From contig JAGQGU010000013.1 of assembly GCA_020432165.1 (NCBI GenBank), forward strand, positions 10,613 to 74,612: 64,000 bases of DNA, given 5' to 3'. Origin of the DNA: Thermomicrobiales bacterium. GTDB taxonomy: Bacteria; Chloroflexota; Chloroflexia; Thermomicrobiales; UBA6265. Positions 38,272-47,972 of this stretch are shown piece by piece. Made by a program: the position numbers and the translations under genes. The notes under the pieces were generated by a model. It had not been told where the DNA came from. It did no database searches and was given only the letters and a program-made list of their open reading frames with translations. Within the stretch, counting starts at the first letter, position 1, and every line of letters starts with the position of its first letter.

Positions 38272-38510
38272 AAAAACCCCCATCCCGATAAAGGGACGGA
38301 GGCCAATTGCCACCGCGGTGCCACCCTCGTTGCCTGCACACATGCACAGACCACTCTGTCGTACGGAATGGCGACCTGCCACTCGATACGAGGCTCCTGA
38401 TAACGGTGGAGACACCGGCGCCGCCTACTCTGCGAGCATTTCGGAGCGCGACTCCCGGATCCATTCGGCATCTGCTTCAGCTCGGGCTTTCACCACCCCC
38501 GATTCGCTGA
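38272..38510 (-). promoter_or_regulatory. T-box leader (Trp specifier UGG) with intrinsic terminator, controlling trpEGDCF
   Basis: The minus strand reads ...GGTGAAAG...GCCGAA-UGG-A (UGG is the complement of 38461-38463)...GAGGGTGGCACCGCGGTGG (T-box sequence, complement of 38310-38328). The terminator is CCTCCGTCCC-tttatc-GGGATGGGGG-TTTTT (38272-38302). The 5' boundary is approximate. Confidence 0.7.
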
Positions 38511-38656
38511 CATCCACATGATGATGCGTACTCGTTCCGATCTATGCCTTTTGGCATATTCACTTGTGCGCAAGGTACGTCAGGTTGCGCACCGGTGTCA
38601 AGGTGGTACTATCACGCCCAGTGCCACTGGCAACATCGACAAAGGAGTTTCTTTGC

Positions 38657-39712
38657 ATGGATAAGGCATTTCTGCGCAATTTGATCACCGCACCAGGTCC
38701 CTCCGGTTATGAGCAGGCGCCCAGCAGGATATGGCGCGAAGCCGCCAAAGCGTGGGCCGATAGCCTGGACTGGGACAACCTCGGTAACAGCTACGCGCTC
38801 GTCATGGGCACATCAGGGAGTGACTACACGGTTGTGATCGAGGGTCACATTGATGAGATCGGATTCATTGTCACGCATATCGATGACAACGGCTTCATCT
38901 GGTTCGACAAGATCGGCGGGTGGGACGACCAGGTCGTCGTCGGTCAGCGCATTGTCATTCGCGGCTCCGAGGGTGATGTGACCGGTGTGATTGGCAAGAA
39001 AGCCGCTCACCTGCTCACACCAGCGGACCGCGAGAAACCGACCAAGATCAGCGAGATGTGGATCGATATTGGCGCGAAGACCAAGGACGAAGCACGAGCC
39101 CGTGTCAGCATCGGCGATCCTGCTGTGATCGCTGGCGACCCGATAGAGTTAACAGATGACCTATGGGCGAGTCGCAGCATGGATAACCGCACCGGTGCCT
39201 ATGTCGCCTACCGGGCGACGCAGATGCTGGCGGAGGATCGACCGGCAGTCAATGTTATTGGCGTGGCCGCTACGCAAGAAGAGATCGGACTGGTCGGGGC
39301 CACCACGCTCAGTTGGCATGTGAAGCCACAGGTCGCCATCGCGCTTGATGTGACACATGCGACCGATTACCCGGGTGCAGACAAGAAGAGCGATGGCGAA
39401 ATCGCCGTCGGTGGTGGTCCGGTGCTGGGTCGAGGATCGTCGGTAACACCGACTGTCTTCGAGGGTCTGCGCGATACCGCCAAACGTCTGGAAATGCACG
39501 CTCCGGTACAGGCGAGCGGCCTTCGCACCGGTACCGACGCGGATAACATCATCCGCTCTGGCGCGAATATCGCGGTGGGGTTGGTATCGATCCCGAATCG
39601 CTATATGCACAGCCCGAGCGAGGTCATCAGCCTCACCGATCTGGAGAACGCCGCCAAATTGATCGCGGAGTTCGTGCGGACGATCACGCCGGAGAGCGAC
39701 TTCCGACCGTAG
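38657..39712 (+). CDS. M42 family aminopeptidase (FrvX/PepA-like)
   Basis: MDKAFLRNLITAPGPSGYE...EGHIDEIGFIV...SRSMDNRTG...ATQEEIGLVGA...IPNRYMHSP. AAAGGAG lies upstream of ATG 38657. Confidence 0.8.
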   Translation: MDKAFLRNLITAPGPSGYEQAPSRIWREAAKAWADSLDWDNLGNSYALVMGTSGSDYTVVIEGHIDEIGFIVTHIDDNGFIWFDKIGGWDDQVVVGQRIVIRGSEGDVTGVIGKKAAHLLTPADREKPTKISEMWIDIGAKTKDEARARVSIGDPAVIAGDPIELTDDLWASRSMDNRTGAYVAYRATQMLAEDRPAVNVIGVAATQEEIGLVGATTLSWHVKPQVAIALDVTHATDYPGADKKSDGEIAVGGGPVLGRGSSVTPTVFEGLRDTAKRLEMHAPVQASGLRTGTDADNIIRSGANIAVGLVSIPNRYMHSPSEVISLTDLENAAKLIAEFVRTITPESDFRP

Positions 39713-39727
39713 CTTAGGACTGAAAAA

Positions 39728-39770
39728 GGAGAGGGTCGCGAGAATTTTTCGCGACCCTCTCCCCTTTTCC
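39728..39770 (+). terminator. Intrinsic terminator after the M42 peptidase
   Basis: GGAGAGGGTCGCG-agaattttt-CGCGACCCTCTCC followed by CCTTTTCC. Confidence 0.6.
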
Positions 39771-39823
39771 ATTCTCGACAGCGTGGACAAGATGATTTGG
39801 AATCTGACAGGCCCTGACAATCG

Positions 39824-40438
39824 TTAGTACTTCTCCAGAGTTATGACCGTGGGTGCGCGATCAATCATCCAGATCGAAAGCGGTAGTGGAACTATAAACA
39901 GACTCAGCAGGTAGGCAGTCCCGAGCCACAAGAGTCCAGCCACCAGGCCCACTGGAAAATAAAGCGCGCGCAGATACCACGGATACTGCTCGGCGGTGGA
40001 CTCACTCACATACGTAATGCCATCTTTGGATGTAACAGTGAGATCCGAATTCTTCTCTCGTAGAGTCTGTGCCTGAGGAACCCGATTGAGGAACCAGAAC
40101 CCCAACGGCGCTCCGATAATGGTGGCGAGGAAGAAGTATCCAGCCAGAATGAACAACCCAGATAACCAGAACCCTATAAAGCAAAACCAAATGGCGCGAA
40201 CGATGAATGACCGCTTCTTTCGATTTGTGGCAAACACGATCGTTGGGCCACCCACATTTACCGTGGTGGCGACGTTCGTAATCTGTTGAGTCGGAGTTGC
40301 TGGCGGTATATACGGAGAGGGTGTCGCCTCAAGGGATTGCGGATGACTCGGCGAGACAGTCGATAGCGACGAAGACTGCGGTTGAAGTGGTTGGCTCACC
40401 CCACTAACACTTGCTTCGCCAACCTGTGTTTCGTTCAT
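39824..40438 (-). CDS. YccF-domain inner-membrane protein with a Ser/Pro-rich N-terminus
   Basis: Two YccF-like repeats: RAIWFCFIGFWLSGLFILAGYFFLATIIGAPLGFWFLNRVP and YFPVGLVAGLLWLGTAYLLSLFIVPLPLSIWMIDR. Confidence 0.55.
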   Translation of the reverse strand: MNETQVGEASVSGVSQPLQPQSSSLSTVSPSHPQSLEATPSPYIPPATPTQQITNVATTVNVGGPTIVFATNRKKRSFIVRAIWFCFIGFWLSGLFILAGYFFLATIIGAPLGFWFLNRVPQAQTLREKNSDLTVTSKDGITYVSESTAEQYPWYLRALYFPVGLVAGLLWLGTAYLLSLFIVPLPLSIWMIDRAPTVITLEKY

Positions 40439-40538
40439 CTCTCACCTCTCCATAATCCGGATCACCCGTTCTGATCGGATATACCAATTAGAAATAGTTC
40501 TATTTCGACTATATCATGTCGCCGTACACCATTCCAGC

Positions 40539-40859
40539 ATGAAGAAACGTGATTCTGCTGGCGATCTACGTGAACGGGATGGTGCTTTCAACCACGTGGT
40601 GGATCGTCGGTTGAGAGGTGCGGTTGGCGAGCTCTTGCGGCAAATACGGGTTGAATCCGACCTGACGCAAATGCAGTTCGCCGAGGCGATCGGCGTGCCA
40701 CAGACCACAATAAGCAAGATCGAAAGGGCACATCGAGATGTTACGCTGCTCGAGTTCCTGGCGATTTGTGAGGTTCTGGGAATTCAGCCAAACGCATTTA
40801 TCCAGAGACTGCTCGCAAATGCAGATGCCGAGGATATACAGAGACCTGGAAGGAAATAA
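40539..40859 (+). CDS. XRE-family HTH transcriptional regulator
   Basis: LRQIRVESDLTQMQFAEAIGVPQTTISKIERAHRDVTLLEFLAICEVLG. Confidence 0.8.
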   Translation: MKKRDSAGDLRERDGAFNHVVDRRLRGAVGELLRQIRVESDLTQMQFAEAIGVPQTTISKIERAHRDVTLLEFLAICEVLGIQPNAFIQRLLANADAEDIQRPGRK

Positions 40860-40870
40860 GACGAGGATGG

Positions 40871-40893
40871 GCGCCGCATTTCATATGCGGCGC
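40871..40893. repeat. Palindromic hairpin, CCGCATTTCATATGCGG type. It is likely a bidirectional terminator.
   Basis: GCGCCGCA-tttcatat-GCGGCGC sits between convergent genes and has the same core as 22023..22045. Confidence 0.5.
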
Positions 40894-40900
40894 TACAGGG

Positions 40901-42037
40901 TCAGACCCCAATCGCATCCTTGACACGGTCGAAGAAGCCCTTGCCCTTGGGTTGTGGGGTGACTTCCTTGCCGAGACTACTGCTGAGCTTCTCGAAGAGC
41001 TCTTCCTGATCACGGCTGAGCTTCTTGGGGATAACCACTTCCACGGTCACCAGTTGATCGCCGCGTTCGCCGCCACGCAGATCGGGTACACCCTTATTGC
41101 GTAAGCGGAACTGCTGTCCGCTCTGGGTGCCAGCGGGGACAGTAAAGACAGCTGGACCATCGAGCGTATCGATCTCGATATCGTCACCCAATGCGGCCTG
41201 AGCAACATTGATACCGACCGTGCTGAGAATCTGCTTGCCTCTGCGCTCGAAGTACTTGTGACTCTGCACGCGTACCTTCACGAAAAGGTCGCCATTGCTA
41301 CCCTTGTTCGGTGCTGCTTCGCCCTGACCGGTCATACGAATGGTCTGTCCATCGTCGATACCGGCTGGCACCGTCACCATCAGCTTGGTGTATTTCCGCA
41401 CGCGTCCCCTACCCTTGCACTCGGTGCAGGGATCGGTAATCATCACGCCTTCACCGTTACAGGTGGGGCATGGACCGCTGGTCATAAACTGACCGAGAAT
41501 GGTCTGCTGTACACGGCGGACTTCGCCAGTGCCGCTGCAAGCGGTACAGGTCGGAGGAGTCTGCCCATCCTTCATCCTCGTGCCATGGCAGGTTTCGCAG
41601 GTCTCCAGGCGATCGATCTCAATCTCGCGCTCGACACCGAAAACGGCTTCCTCGAAGCTGAGATTGAGCGACACCTGGATATCAGCACCGCGTTGAGGTG
41701 CGCGGGTGCGGGTTGATCCGCCCATACCGCCACCAAAGAAGGTTTCGAAGATATCGCCGAACGGACTCTGTCCGCCGAAACCACCGAAGGGATCACCGAA
41801 GCCACCATTTCCGTTCACACCGGCGTGACCGAAGCGATCGTAAGCAGCGCGGCTCTCATCATTGCTCAGCACTTCGTAGGCTTCGTTCACTTCTTTGAAG
41901 CGAATTTCAGCATCTTCTTCCTTGCTGATATCGGGGTGGTATTGCTTGGCCTTGGCGCGGTAGCCCTTCTTGATCTCAACCTGCGTTGCAGTACGGGATA
42001 CACCAAGGACTTCGTAGTAATCGCGTTTCTCTGTCAT
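40901..42037 (-). CDS. dnaJ: Molecular chaperone DnaJ
   Basis: KRDYYEVLGV...HPD, a Gly-rich linker, and four CxxCxGxG zinc-finger repeats (CETCHGTR, CTACSGTG, CPTCNGEG, CTECKGRG). The start is M at 42037 (MTEKRDYY) or at 42058. Confidence 0.9.
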   Translation of the reverse strand: MTEKRDYYEVLGVSRTATQVEIKKGYRAKAKQYHPDISKEEDAEIRFKEVNEAYEVLSNDESRAAYDRFGHAGVNGNGGFGDPFGGFGGQSPFGDIFETFFGGGMGGSTRTRAPQRGADIQVSLNLSFEEAVFGVEREIEIDRLETCETCHGTRMKDGQTPPTCTACSGTGEVRRVQQTILGQFMTSGPCPTCNGEGVMITDPCTECKGRGRVRKYTKLMVTVPAGIDDGQTIRMTGQGEAAPNKGSNGDLFVKVRVQSHKYFERRGKQILSTVGINVAQAALGDDIEIDTLDGPAVFTVPAGTQSGQQFRLRNKGVPDLRGGERGDQLVTVEVVIPKKLSRDQEELFEKLSSSLGKEVTPQPKGKGFFDRVKDAIGV

Positions 42038-42221
42038 GTGCTCACTTTGGGTTGGCATACATCTTCACACATAAAAACCGCGGAGAGGCATTTACCGCGG
42101 TATTCAGGTTCTGTCCTGTAGATTATACCAAGAGTCCTCAAGTACCATGAGTCCAGGTAACCAACTTCTCAACCCAGGCGTTACAGAGACAGGAACCCGT
42201 CCTCTACCAGGAGAAATCTTC

Positions 42222-43088
42222 ATGAAGCTACGACATCTTCTACTTGCCGCGACCTTCACTCTTTCCACGCTCCTGGCTCCGACCGGATCGTCGGCTGCCA
42301 TTCCGTGCTCGCCGCCACCGGTGCTGCCGACGCCCGAGAACCAGATCATGCCGTTGATCTACCGCGAACTGCCGATCAACTTCGAGGATCTGATGCGTGG
42401 CTCGCAGCCGGTTGAACGTCCAACATCCTCGACCGGGGCCACAGCCGTCGTCGATGACACATCCGGCGCGACGAACGCTGCCGAGAATCTGCTGCGCTGC
42501 GCCGGATATGGTGATTCCTATGGCGTGATGCAGAGCACAACACCTCATTTCCGCGCCTTCCGTGTAGGCATCGGTGATCCGCAATCAGATATTCAGTATC
42601 TGGACTTCGGCGATGGCGTTTACACCGTGCAGGTCAGCAATGCAACCAGGCTGGACGATGGTCGCTATGTCGTCGATTTCGCCATGATTGTCGATGAGGA
42701 TGATTACCTCGCTGGCGAAATGGTCTTTGTGGAGTCCGACGGATTCTATTATCTCGACGAGAGCTTTGTGAGCATCGAGGGTGAGCTTGATGGTGAGACG
42801 ACAACGATCGAGTTGAGCGAAATCACCACCATGGATATCAAGATGTACGAGGTGACCACCGGCGATCGTATCGTCTGGACGAACACCTCGGAGTCATCCG
42901 TGAATATCAGTGTCACCGATGCCGATGGCGAGGTTATTTTCAGCGGACATGTGAATGGCGTCGGATTGGTCGGTGGCGAGGATCAGAATGTACTGCCGAT
43001 CATGGGACTGGAGCCAGGCGAATACACGATTCACACCGAGTTCATCCAGTCCGGTATCAGATACATCGCGACGATCATCGTCGAGTAA
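42222..43088 (+). CDS. Secreted hypothetical protein (signal peptide; beta-rich C-terminal domain)
   Basis: GGAGAA lies before ATG 42222. The N-terminus is MKLRHLLLAATFTLSTLLAPTGSSAA. I recognise no catalytic motif. Confidence 0.5.
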   Translation: MKLRHLLLAATFTLSTLLAPTGSSAAIPCSPPPVLPTPENQIMPLIYRELPINFEDLMRGSQPVERPTSSTGATAVVDDTSGATNAAENLLRCAGYGDSYGVMQSTTPHFRAFRVGIGDPQSDIQYLDFGDGVYTVQVSNATRLDDGRYVVDFAMIVDEDDYLAGEMVFVESDGFYYLDESFVSIEGELDGETTTIELSEITTMDIKMYEVTTGDRIVWTNTSESSVNISVTDADGEVIFSGHVNGVGLVGGEDQNVLPIMGLEPGEYTIHTEFIQSGIRYIATIIVE

Positions 43089-43097
43089 GGGCTGCGT

Positions 43098-43210
43098 CAT
43101 TCCGAACACTGAGCGTAGCGAAGTGGAGGAATCAACCGCACGATTGGTGCTCTGGCCAATGGCGAGATACCAAAAGGCATCCTGATTCCTCCCCTGCGGG
43201 TTCGGAATGA
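43098..43210. repeat. 113-nt intergenic element with nested inverted repeats (family B)
   Basis: The outer arms TCATTCCGAAC (43098-43108) and GTTCGGAATGA (43200-43210) pair. The inner arms GGAGGAATC (43125-43133) and GATTCCTCC (43184-43192) pair. Confidence 0.55.
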
Positions 43211-43219
43211 ACACCCGAA

Positions 43220-44122
43220 TTAGTTCATCTCCGGGAATTCGTTCTGGATCAGGCGGAGGTCGATGGCGAAGCCGGCGCGTTGCATGGCGGTGCGATAGAA
43301 CCACGGTGCCGCCATGCTGAGATAGATCCGCGCATCCAGATCATCAATCAGGTTTTGCGGTAGTCCGGCGGCACCGAAGCGCGCACCCGCGATACCGCCC
43401 GCGATGGCTCCATAGCTGGCGGTATCACCACCGGCTCGCACGACCGTAAGCACCGCATCCTCAAAGGAATCTGCGTTCTTCACGATCTCGCCGATCTCGA
43501 CAACGCGCGCGCTGATGGCCGATGTCCCCGCGTTCGATGGCAGGGACCACGCCGGATCGCGATCAACATTGCGCGCCGCCTGATCGGTGAGCGCAGCGAC
43601 CGCGGCCACAATATCAGCGGATTCGGTATCGGTGTGGGTCAAGCGGGCGGCGATCGTAGCATCGCTATACATATCAGCGAGATTCTGTGTCCGTACGGAG
43701 TGCAGTAACCCAATAACGATGCCACGCACACCTAGCGATGGTTCCGCCTCGGTGATCTTGTCAGTCGGAGCCAAACCATCGTGTTCGAATGCTTCGTCGA
43801 TGCTGCTGATCACCGTCTCACTCATCCAGCGCCGACTTCCGCTCTCGCTGAGGTAGCTGAGGCGAGCATTGATATTCTCGGGATCGAGCCTGCCCTCATT
43901 CGTGGTCAGACTCTCGACCAGGCAGAGGGCAAACTCAGTGCGGTCGCTAATCACACCCTTCACCGGTTCGCCTTCACCGACATCAGGTAGCTCCAGGTAT
44001 CCCTGCAGATCGCCGATCTCGTTGCCACTCTGCCCGAGCACTGGCAGGCCAAGCGCATCGCCGATGGCCATGCCTACCAGTGCACCCAAAAACGCATTCT
44101 CATTACCCGCCGGTGTTGCCAC
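43220..44122 (-). CDS. ADP-ribosylglycohydrolase family protein
   Basis: FLGALVGMAIGDALGLP near the N-terminus and GGDTASYGAIAGGIAGARFG near the C-terminus (the di-metal ARH signature). Confidence 0.8.
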   Translation of the reverse strand: MATPAGNENAFLGALVGMAIGDALGLPVLGQSGNEIGDLQGYLELPDVGEGEPVKGVISDRTEFALCLVESLTTNEGRLDPENINARLSYLSESGSRRWMSETVISSIDEAFEHDGLAPTDKITEAEPSLGVRGIVIGLLHSVRTQNLADMYSDATIAARLTHTDTESADIVAAVAALTDQAARNVDRDPAWSLPSNAGTSAISARVVEIGEIVKNADSFEDAVLTVVRAGGDTASYGAIAGGIAGARFGAAGLPQNLIDDLDARIYLSMAAPWFYRTAMQRAGFAIDLRLIQNEFPEMN

Positions 44123-44130
44123 GTTCTACC

Positions 44131-45834
44131 CTATTCGACTGTCACCGTAGCGGAGGCGATTCCTGCCTTACTGGAGCGCCCGGTGATAGTGATCTGGTCG
44201 CCGGCCTTCGCCTTGACGACCCACTCAGCATATCCACGTGCAAGGTTACCCGATCGTGGCGGTGTATCGAGCGGATGATAGAGTGCAGCCCGGCCCTCGA
44301 GATGATCGATCTCCACTTCGTCTTTACCTATGGCAATCTCGGCACCGGTCAGCACCAGCTTCGGCGGCTTGATCTTGGCTGTCTTCTTGCCAACCTGACT
44401 GACGTAGGTTGCGAGGAAACCATCGTTCTTGACGACAGCACCGACCGTGTAGACATCGCCTCCCAAGTGCTCGATCTTGACGGATTCGATCTCAAGCTGC
44501 GGGAGGACGCCCATCATGCGCTGCACAAAGAGCGCATTGCCAGCGGTGACTTCCTCCAACAACGATCCTGGCGGATTCTGGAAGGCAAACTTGTAGTCCC
44601 AGCCACCGATCTCAATCTCACCCAGCTGCGGATGAGTGAAGGGCTTCCAGGCGAAGATCCCCTCTCCCTCAGCGTGTTCATCAAGCACCTTCGCCATCGC
44701 GAGTTCTTCGTCTGGCGAGTGCTCCTTGCTCCAGTTAATGAAGTCGGTGATCTTGGCACCAGCCTGGCGCGGCAGACTCCACAGCTCGGTGCTGAACGCG
44801 TAAGCGCCGAAGGTCTCATAGACCCAATCGAGCACTGTGCCCGTAATCGCCTTCTTCTTGTCATAGGCGAAGCCATCGTGAATGGAGACACACGGGTAAC
44901 CAGTCTCGTCCTCACCCATCTTGCCGATCGCCTTGTAGATCGCCAGATCAGCCTGGTTCATATCGGCATCGGTCTGGTTCACACTTGGTCGCAGGATAAC
45001 GGCGCTCCAGGTGTGCAGATGCTGGGCGGTACCAATATTCGGATGGGCGAAAAGGAATTCGGCGAGTGCTTTGGTCTCCGGGTCGCTGAAAGGATACTCA
45101 CCTGCACCGTTTTGTTCCCACTCGGGTCCCCAGATACGGGGGAAATTGCGATTCAAATCGAGTCCGAATTTCTCCTTGGCAACGGCAATCTTGCCACCAT
45201 CCCAATTCTGAATCTGACCTTCTTCGAATACCGAGTAGTATTCACCGCCGCGCTCATCTGGCCCACGCGGGATCATGATGCGGCTATCCTCCGGATGCTT
45301 CTTCCACGCGCCAGCGCTATCGCGAACACGCATCTGCAAGATGCGACCGTCACCATCCATATCTTCGCGCTGCAGACCATCCTGCAGATCGGTTTCCGGA
45401 TAGTAACGGACGGAGCTGCGGGTCCGCTCAGCGGTCGTGAGATAGAGCTCGATACCATCCAGCATGATGCCAGGAACGGCGTAGAGCGTGACCCGATTCA
45501 GCAGACTGGTGACCGTCTCATCATTGCCATAGCCATTCAGCAGATGATTGAGGAGCCAGAGTACCGTCGCCTGACCAGTGACCTCGCCAGCGTGGATATT
45601 GGAGTCCAAAAAAGTCGCTGGCTTGTCTGCGTGGTGGCCAGTAGCGGTATTGGTGACAATCGCTGCCCAAATATCACGCCCCTGATAGGTCTTGCCGATG
45701 CTTTCGATACTGATCAGTTGTGGATATTGAGACTGCCAATTGTTCAGCATCTCGGTGAGATGTGCGTAGGTGTAGTACCGATCAGGTCGATACTCTGCCG
45801 AATCGGCGACCCAACGTGAGATTCCCGTTGCCAT
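44131..45834 (-). CDS. M14 family zinc carboxypeptidase with no evident signal peptide
   Basis: YYTYAHLTEMLNNWQSQYPQLISIESIGKTYQGRDIW...LDSNIHAGEVTG (HxxE zinc motif)...TAQHLHTWS. ATG 45834 is preceded by GAAAGGATAG. Confidence 0.8.
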   Translation of the reverse strand: MATGISRWVADSAEYRPDRYYTYAHLTEMLNNWQSQYPQLISIESIGKTYQGRDIWAAIVTNTATGHHADKPATFLDSNIHAGEVTGQATVLWLLNHLLNGYGNDETVTSLLNRVTLYAVPGIMLDGIELYLTTAERTRSSVRYYPETDLQDGLQREDMDGDGRILQMRVRDSAGAWKKHPEDSRIMIPRGPDERGGEYYSVFEEGQIQNWDGGKIAVAKEKFGLDLNRNFPRIWGPEWEQNGAGEYPFSDPETKALAEFLFAHPNIGTAQHLHTWSAVILRPSVNQTDADMNQADLAIYKAIGKMGEDETGYPCVSIHDGFAYDKKKAITGTVLDWVYETFGAYAFSTELWSLPRQAGAKITDFINWSKEHSPDEELAMAKVLDEHAEGEGIFAWKPFTHPQLGEIEIGGWDYKFAFQNPPGSLLEEVTAGNALFVQRMMGVLPQLEIESVKIEHLGGDVYTVGAVVKNDGFLATYVSQVGKKTAKIKPPKLVLTGAEIAIGKDEVEIDHLEGRAALYHPLDTPPRSGNLARGYAEWVVKAKAGDQITITGRSSKAGIASATVTVE

Positions 45835-45995
45835 ATCTATCCTTTCGTAGTTGCCATTACTGGCCGGTTGCATACCTGTTGTCGCATGAAATCGCGTGCT
45901 TGTACACACGGTTTGCGCATTGACTGACCTACACTAGCACCATAGACTCGGGTGCAAGGCATGCTGCCGATCACCAATATCCATGGAGACACGCT

Positions 45996-47180
45996 GTGGG
46001 CGCTCAGAAACTCGCGACGATTGCCGTTCATGCCGCCGATTACGGCTCGATAGCTCCGGCGATACCCACCGTACCCCCACTACATGTGGCTACTGCCTTC
46101 ACCTTCGAAGACTACGCCGACCTGGACAAGGTCTTCGACGATCCGCGCGAGGGCTATGCCTATGCCCGTTTCGGCAATCCGACGGTACGCAGTCTCGAAG
46201 CAATGATGGCGGCACTGGAGGGCGCAGAAGCCTCGATCGCCTATCCGAGCGGGATGGCAGCTGTCGATGGCGTCTTCGCGCTTTACGGCACACCAGGCTC
46301 ACATGTGTTGATTTCCCGCGATGTTTATGGTGCGACGCTTTCGCTCATGCGACAGCAATACGCACAAATCGGTGTGACGCTACACACCGTCGATGCCACC
46401 GATCTCGATGATGTCCGTGCTCAGGCAGAAGCCTACAAACCAACATTGATCCATGCCGAGGTCATCTCCAATCCCTTGATGAAAGTCAGCGATATCGCTG
46501 CTCTCGCCGAGATCGCCCACGCCAATGGCGCGGCGCTAAGTGTGGACAACACCTTCGGCACCCCCATACTCACGCAACCACTGGCACATGGTGCCGATGT
46601 GGTGCTACATAGCACCACCAAGTTCATTGGCGGCCATGGCGATGTCCTCGGCGGTGTCGTCTCCGGCTCGCTTGATGTGATCACCAAAATGCGGGATCGC
46701 GCCCGCACAAATGGCTCGGTGCCTGGCCCCTTCGATGCCTGGTTGACGGTACGCGGTATTCACACTCTCCATCTGCGCATGAAGGCGCATAGTGCCAATG
46801 CCCTCGCGGTAGCGAAGTGGCTGCAGGCCGATGATCGTATCGATGCCGTGCATTATCCGGGTCTGGAGCCAGAACACCTCGCCAGCCAGTTCCTCAGCGA
46901 TGATCGCGGTGGTCTCCTCAGTTTCGAGATCAGGGGCGCAACACTGGAAAGCTGTGGTCGATATCTGGAAGCAGTGAGCCTGTTGAAGCCCGCAACAACA
47001 TTGGGCGATGTCAGCAGCGTCACGCTGCATCCCGCGCGCTCCAGTCACCGCGGATTCACCGTTGCGGAACGAGCCGACTGGGGTATTCGCGACAATCTGG
47101 TACGCATCAGCGTCGGTATCGAAGACGTGGACGATATCATCGCCGATCTCGATCAGGCGATCTCGGCAGCGATCGTATAG
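45996..47180 (+). CDS. Cys/Met-metabolism PLP-dependent enzyme (cystathionine gamma-synthase/lyase or methionine gamma-lyase type)
   Basis: YARFGNPT...VDNTFGTP...HSTTKFIGGHGDVLGG (PLP lysine)...RISVGIED. It has a GTG start. Confidence 0.85.
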   Translation: MGAQKLATIAVHAADYGSIAPAIPTVPPLHVATAFTFEDYADLDKVFDDPREGYAYARFGNPTVRSLEAMMAALEGAEASIAYPSGMAAVDGVFALYGTPGSHVLISRDVYGATLSLMRQQYAQIGVTLHTVDATDLDDVRAQAEAYKPTLIHAEVISNPLMKVSDIAALAEIAHANGAALSVDNTFGTPILTQPLAHGADVVLHSTTKFIGGHGDVLGGVVSGSLDVITKMRDRARTNGSVPGPFDAWLTVRGIHTLHLRMKAHSANALAVAKWLQADDRIDAVHYPGLEPEHLASQFLSDDRGGLLSFEIRGATLESCGRYLEAVSLLKPATTLGDVSSVTLHPARSSHRGFTVAERADWGIRDNLVRISVGIEDVDDIIADLDQAISAAIV

Positions 47181-47189
47181 GGAGTATTC

Positions 47190-47972
47190 ATGAGCGAATT
47201 TACGCAAGCATTTGCATGGCCGGGCGGGCATCGCAGCGCTGTTTCTATCCTGATTCACGTTCCCGGGTATGGTTTCAGCGAAGGCGGTACTGACCAGGAG
47301 GATTTACTCGGGCTGGACTATGCCCCACAGGGCGTCCGTCATCTGCTCAAGATGTTGGCCGATGTGGATGTGCAGGCAACCTTCGCCTTCACCGCCGAGG
47401 CGCTGGTGGATACACCTGGTCTGGTGGAAGAAGTTCACGAAGCCGGTCACGAGGTGGCAGCCAGCTTCTGCAGCGCCAGTGCCAGCATCGGCGATCTGAT
47501 CGGCACGATTGCAGATGACATCGGTGAACCAGTCCATGGACTCGTCTCGCGTCTGCCCGGCTTCCCCACAAGCGATTTCGATGGCGATTGGGGCAACGAT
47601 AGTGGCCTGGCGTGGCAGATTGACGGTCGCTCCGGCGACTTGCCTGTGCTCCAGCGTGATCCCGATGCCGCGCTCATCCCGATTTCGCCCTATCTCATGG
47701 ACACGCAGTGGCTGAGTCCGGTGCGGCCACTGCCACCCAGCTCACTGCTGGAAGCGTGGATGCTGGCGTTGGATGCGCATCGGGAAGATGGCAGCTTCAT
47801 GCCAGTGATTGTGCATCCCCACATCATCGGCCGCCCGGGATTGCTGGGAACTCTGACGCGATTTCTGGACGACACCATCGCTCGCGGCGATATCTGGATT
47901 GCGCCGTTACGTCATATCGCCGCCACCTGGCATGCATACGCATCTGATACCGAGGAGTCCGAGACGTGGTAG
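47190..47972 (+). CDS. Polysaccharide-deacetylase-like (divergent NodB/PuuE-type) protein
   Basis: WPGGHRSAVSILIHV...ATFAFTAEALVDTPGLVEEVHEAGHEVAA...VHPHIIGRPG. The assignment is tentative. Confidence 0.45.
   Translation: MSEFTQAFAWPGGHRSAVSILIHVPGYGFSEGGTDQEDLLGLDYAPQGVRHLLKMLADVDVQATFAFTAEALVDTPGLVEEVHEAGHEVAASFCSASASIGDLIGTIADDIGEPVHGLVSRLPGFPTSDFDGDWGNDSGLAWQIDGRSGDLPVLQRDPDAALIPISPYLMDTQWLSPVRPLPPSSLLEAWMLALDAHREDGSFMPVIVHPHIIGRPGLLGTLTRFLDDTIARGDIWIAPLRHIAATWHAYASDTEESETW

Noticed and set aside
42222-43088. A possible cupredoxin-like or lipoprotein assignment for the secreted hypothetical protein.
   Set aside because: There is no Cys/His/Met copper-ligand set and no canonical lipobox (the sequence is SAAIPC). 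It is left as hypothetical.
44080-45819. A 579-aa ORF on the plus strand, with similar long antisense ORFs at 15414-16631, 16714-17709, 20265-21341, 22678-24042, 34719-35891, 36126-36776, 49010-50170 and 53697-54821.
   Set aside because: Each lies antisense to a gene with strong, motif-level homology (M14 peptidase, IDH-family gene, gpmI, GH20, enolase, trpD, trpG, amidohydrolase, STAND regulator). Their translations are Arg/His/Gly/Leu-rich and low in complexity. These are typical shadow frames in GC-rich DNA.
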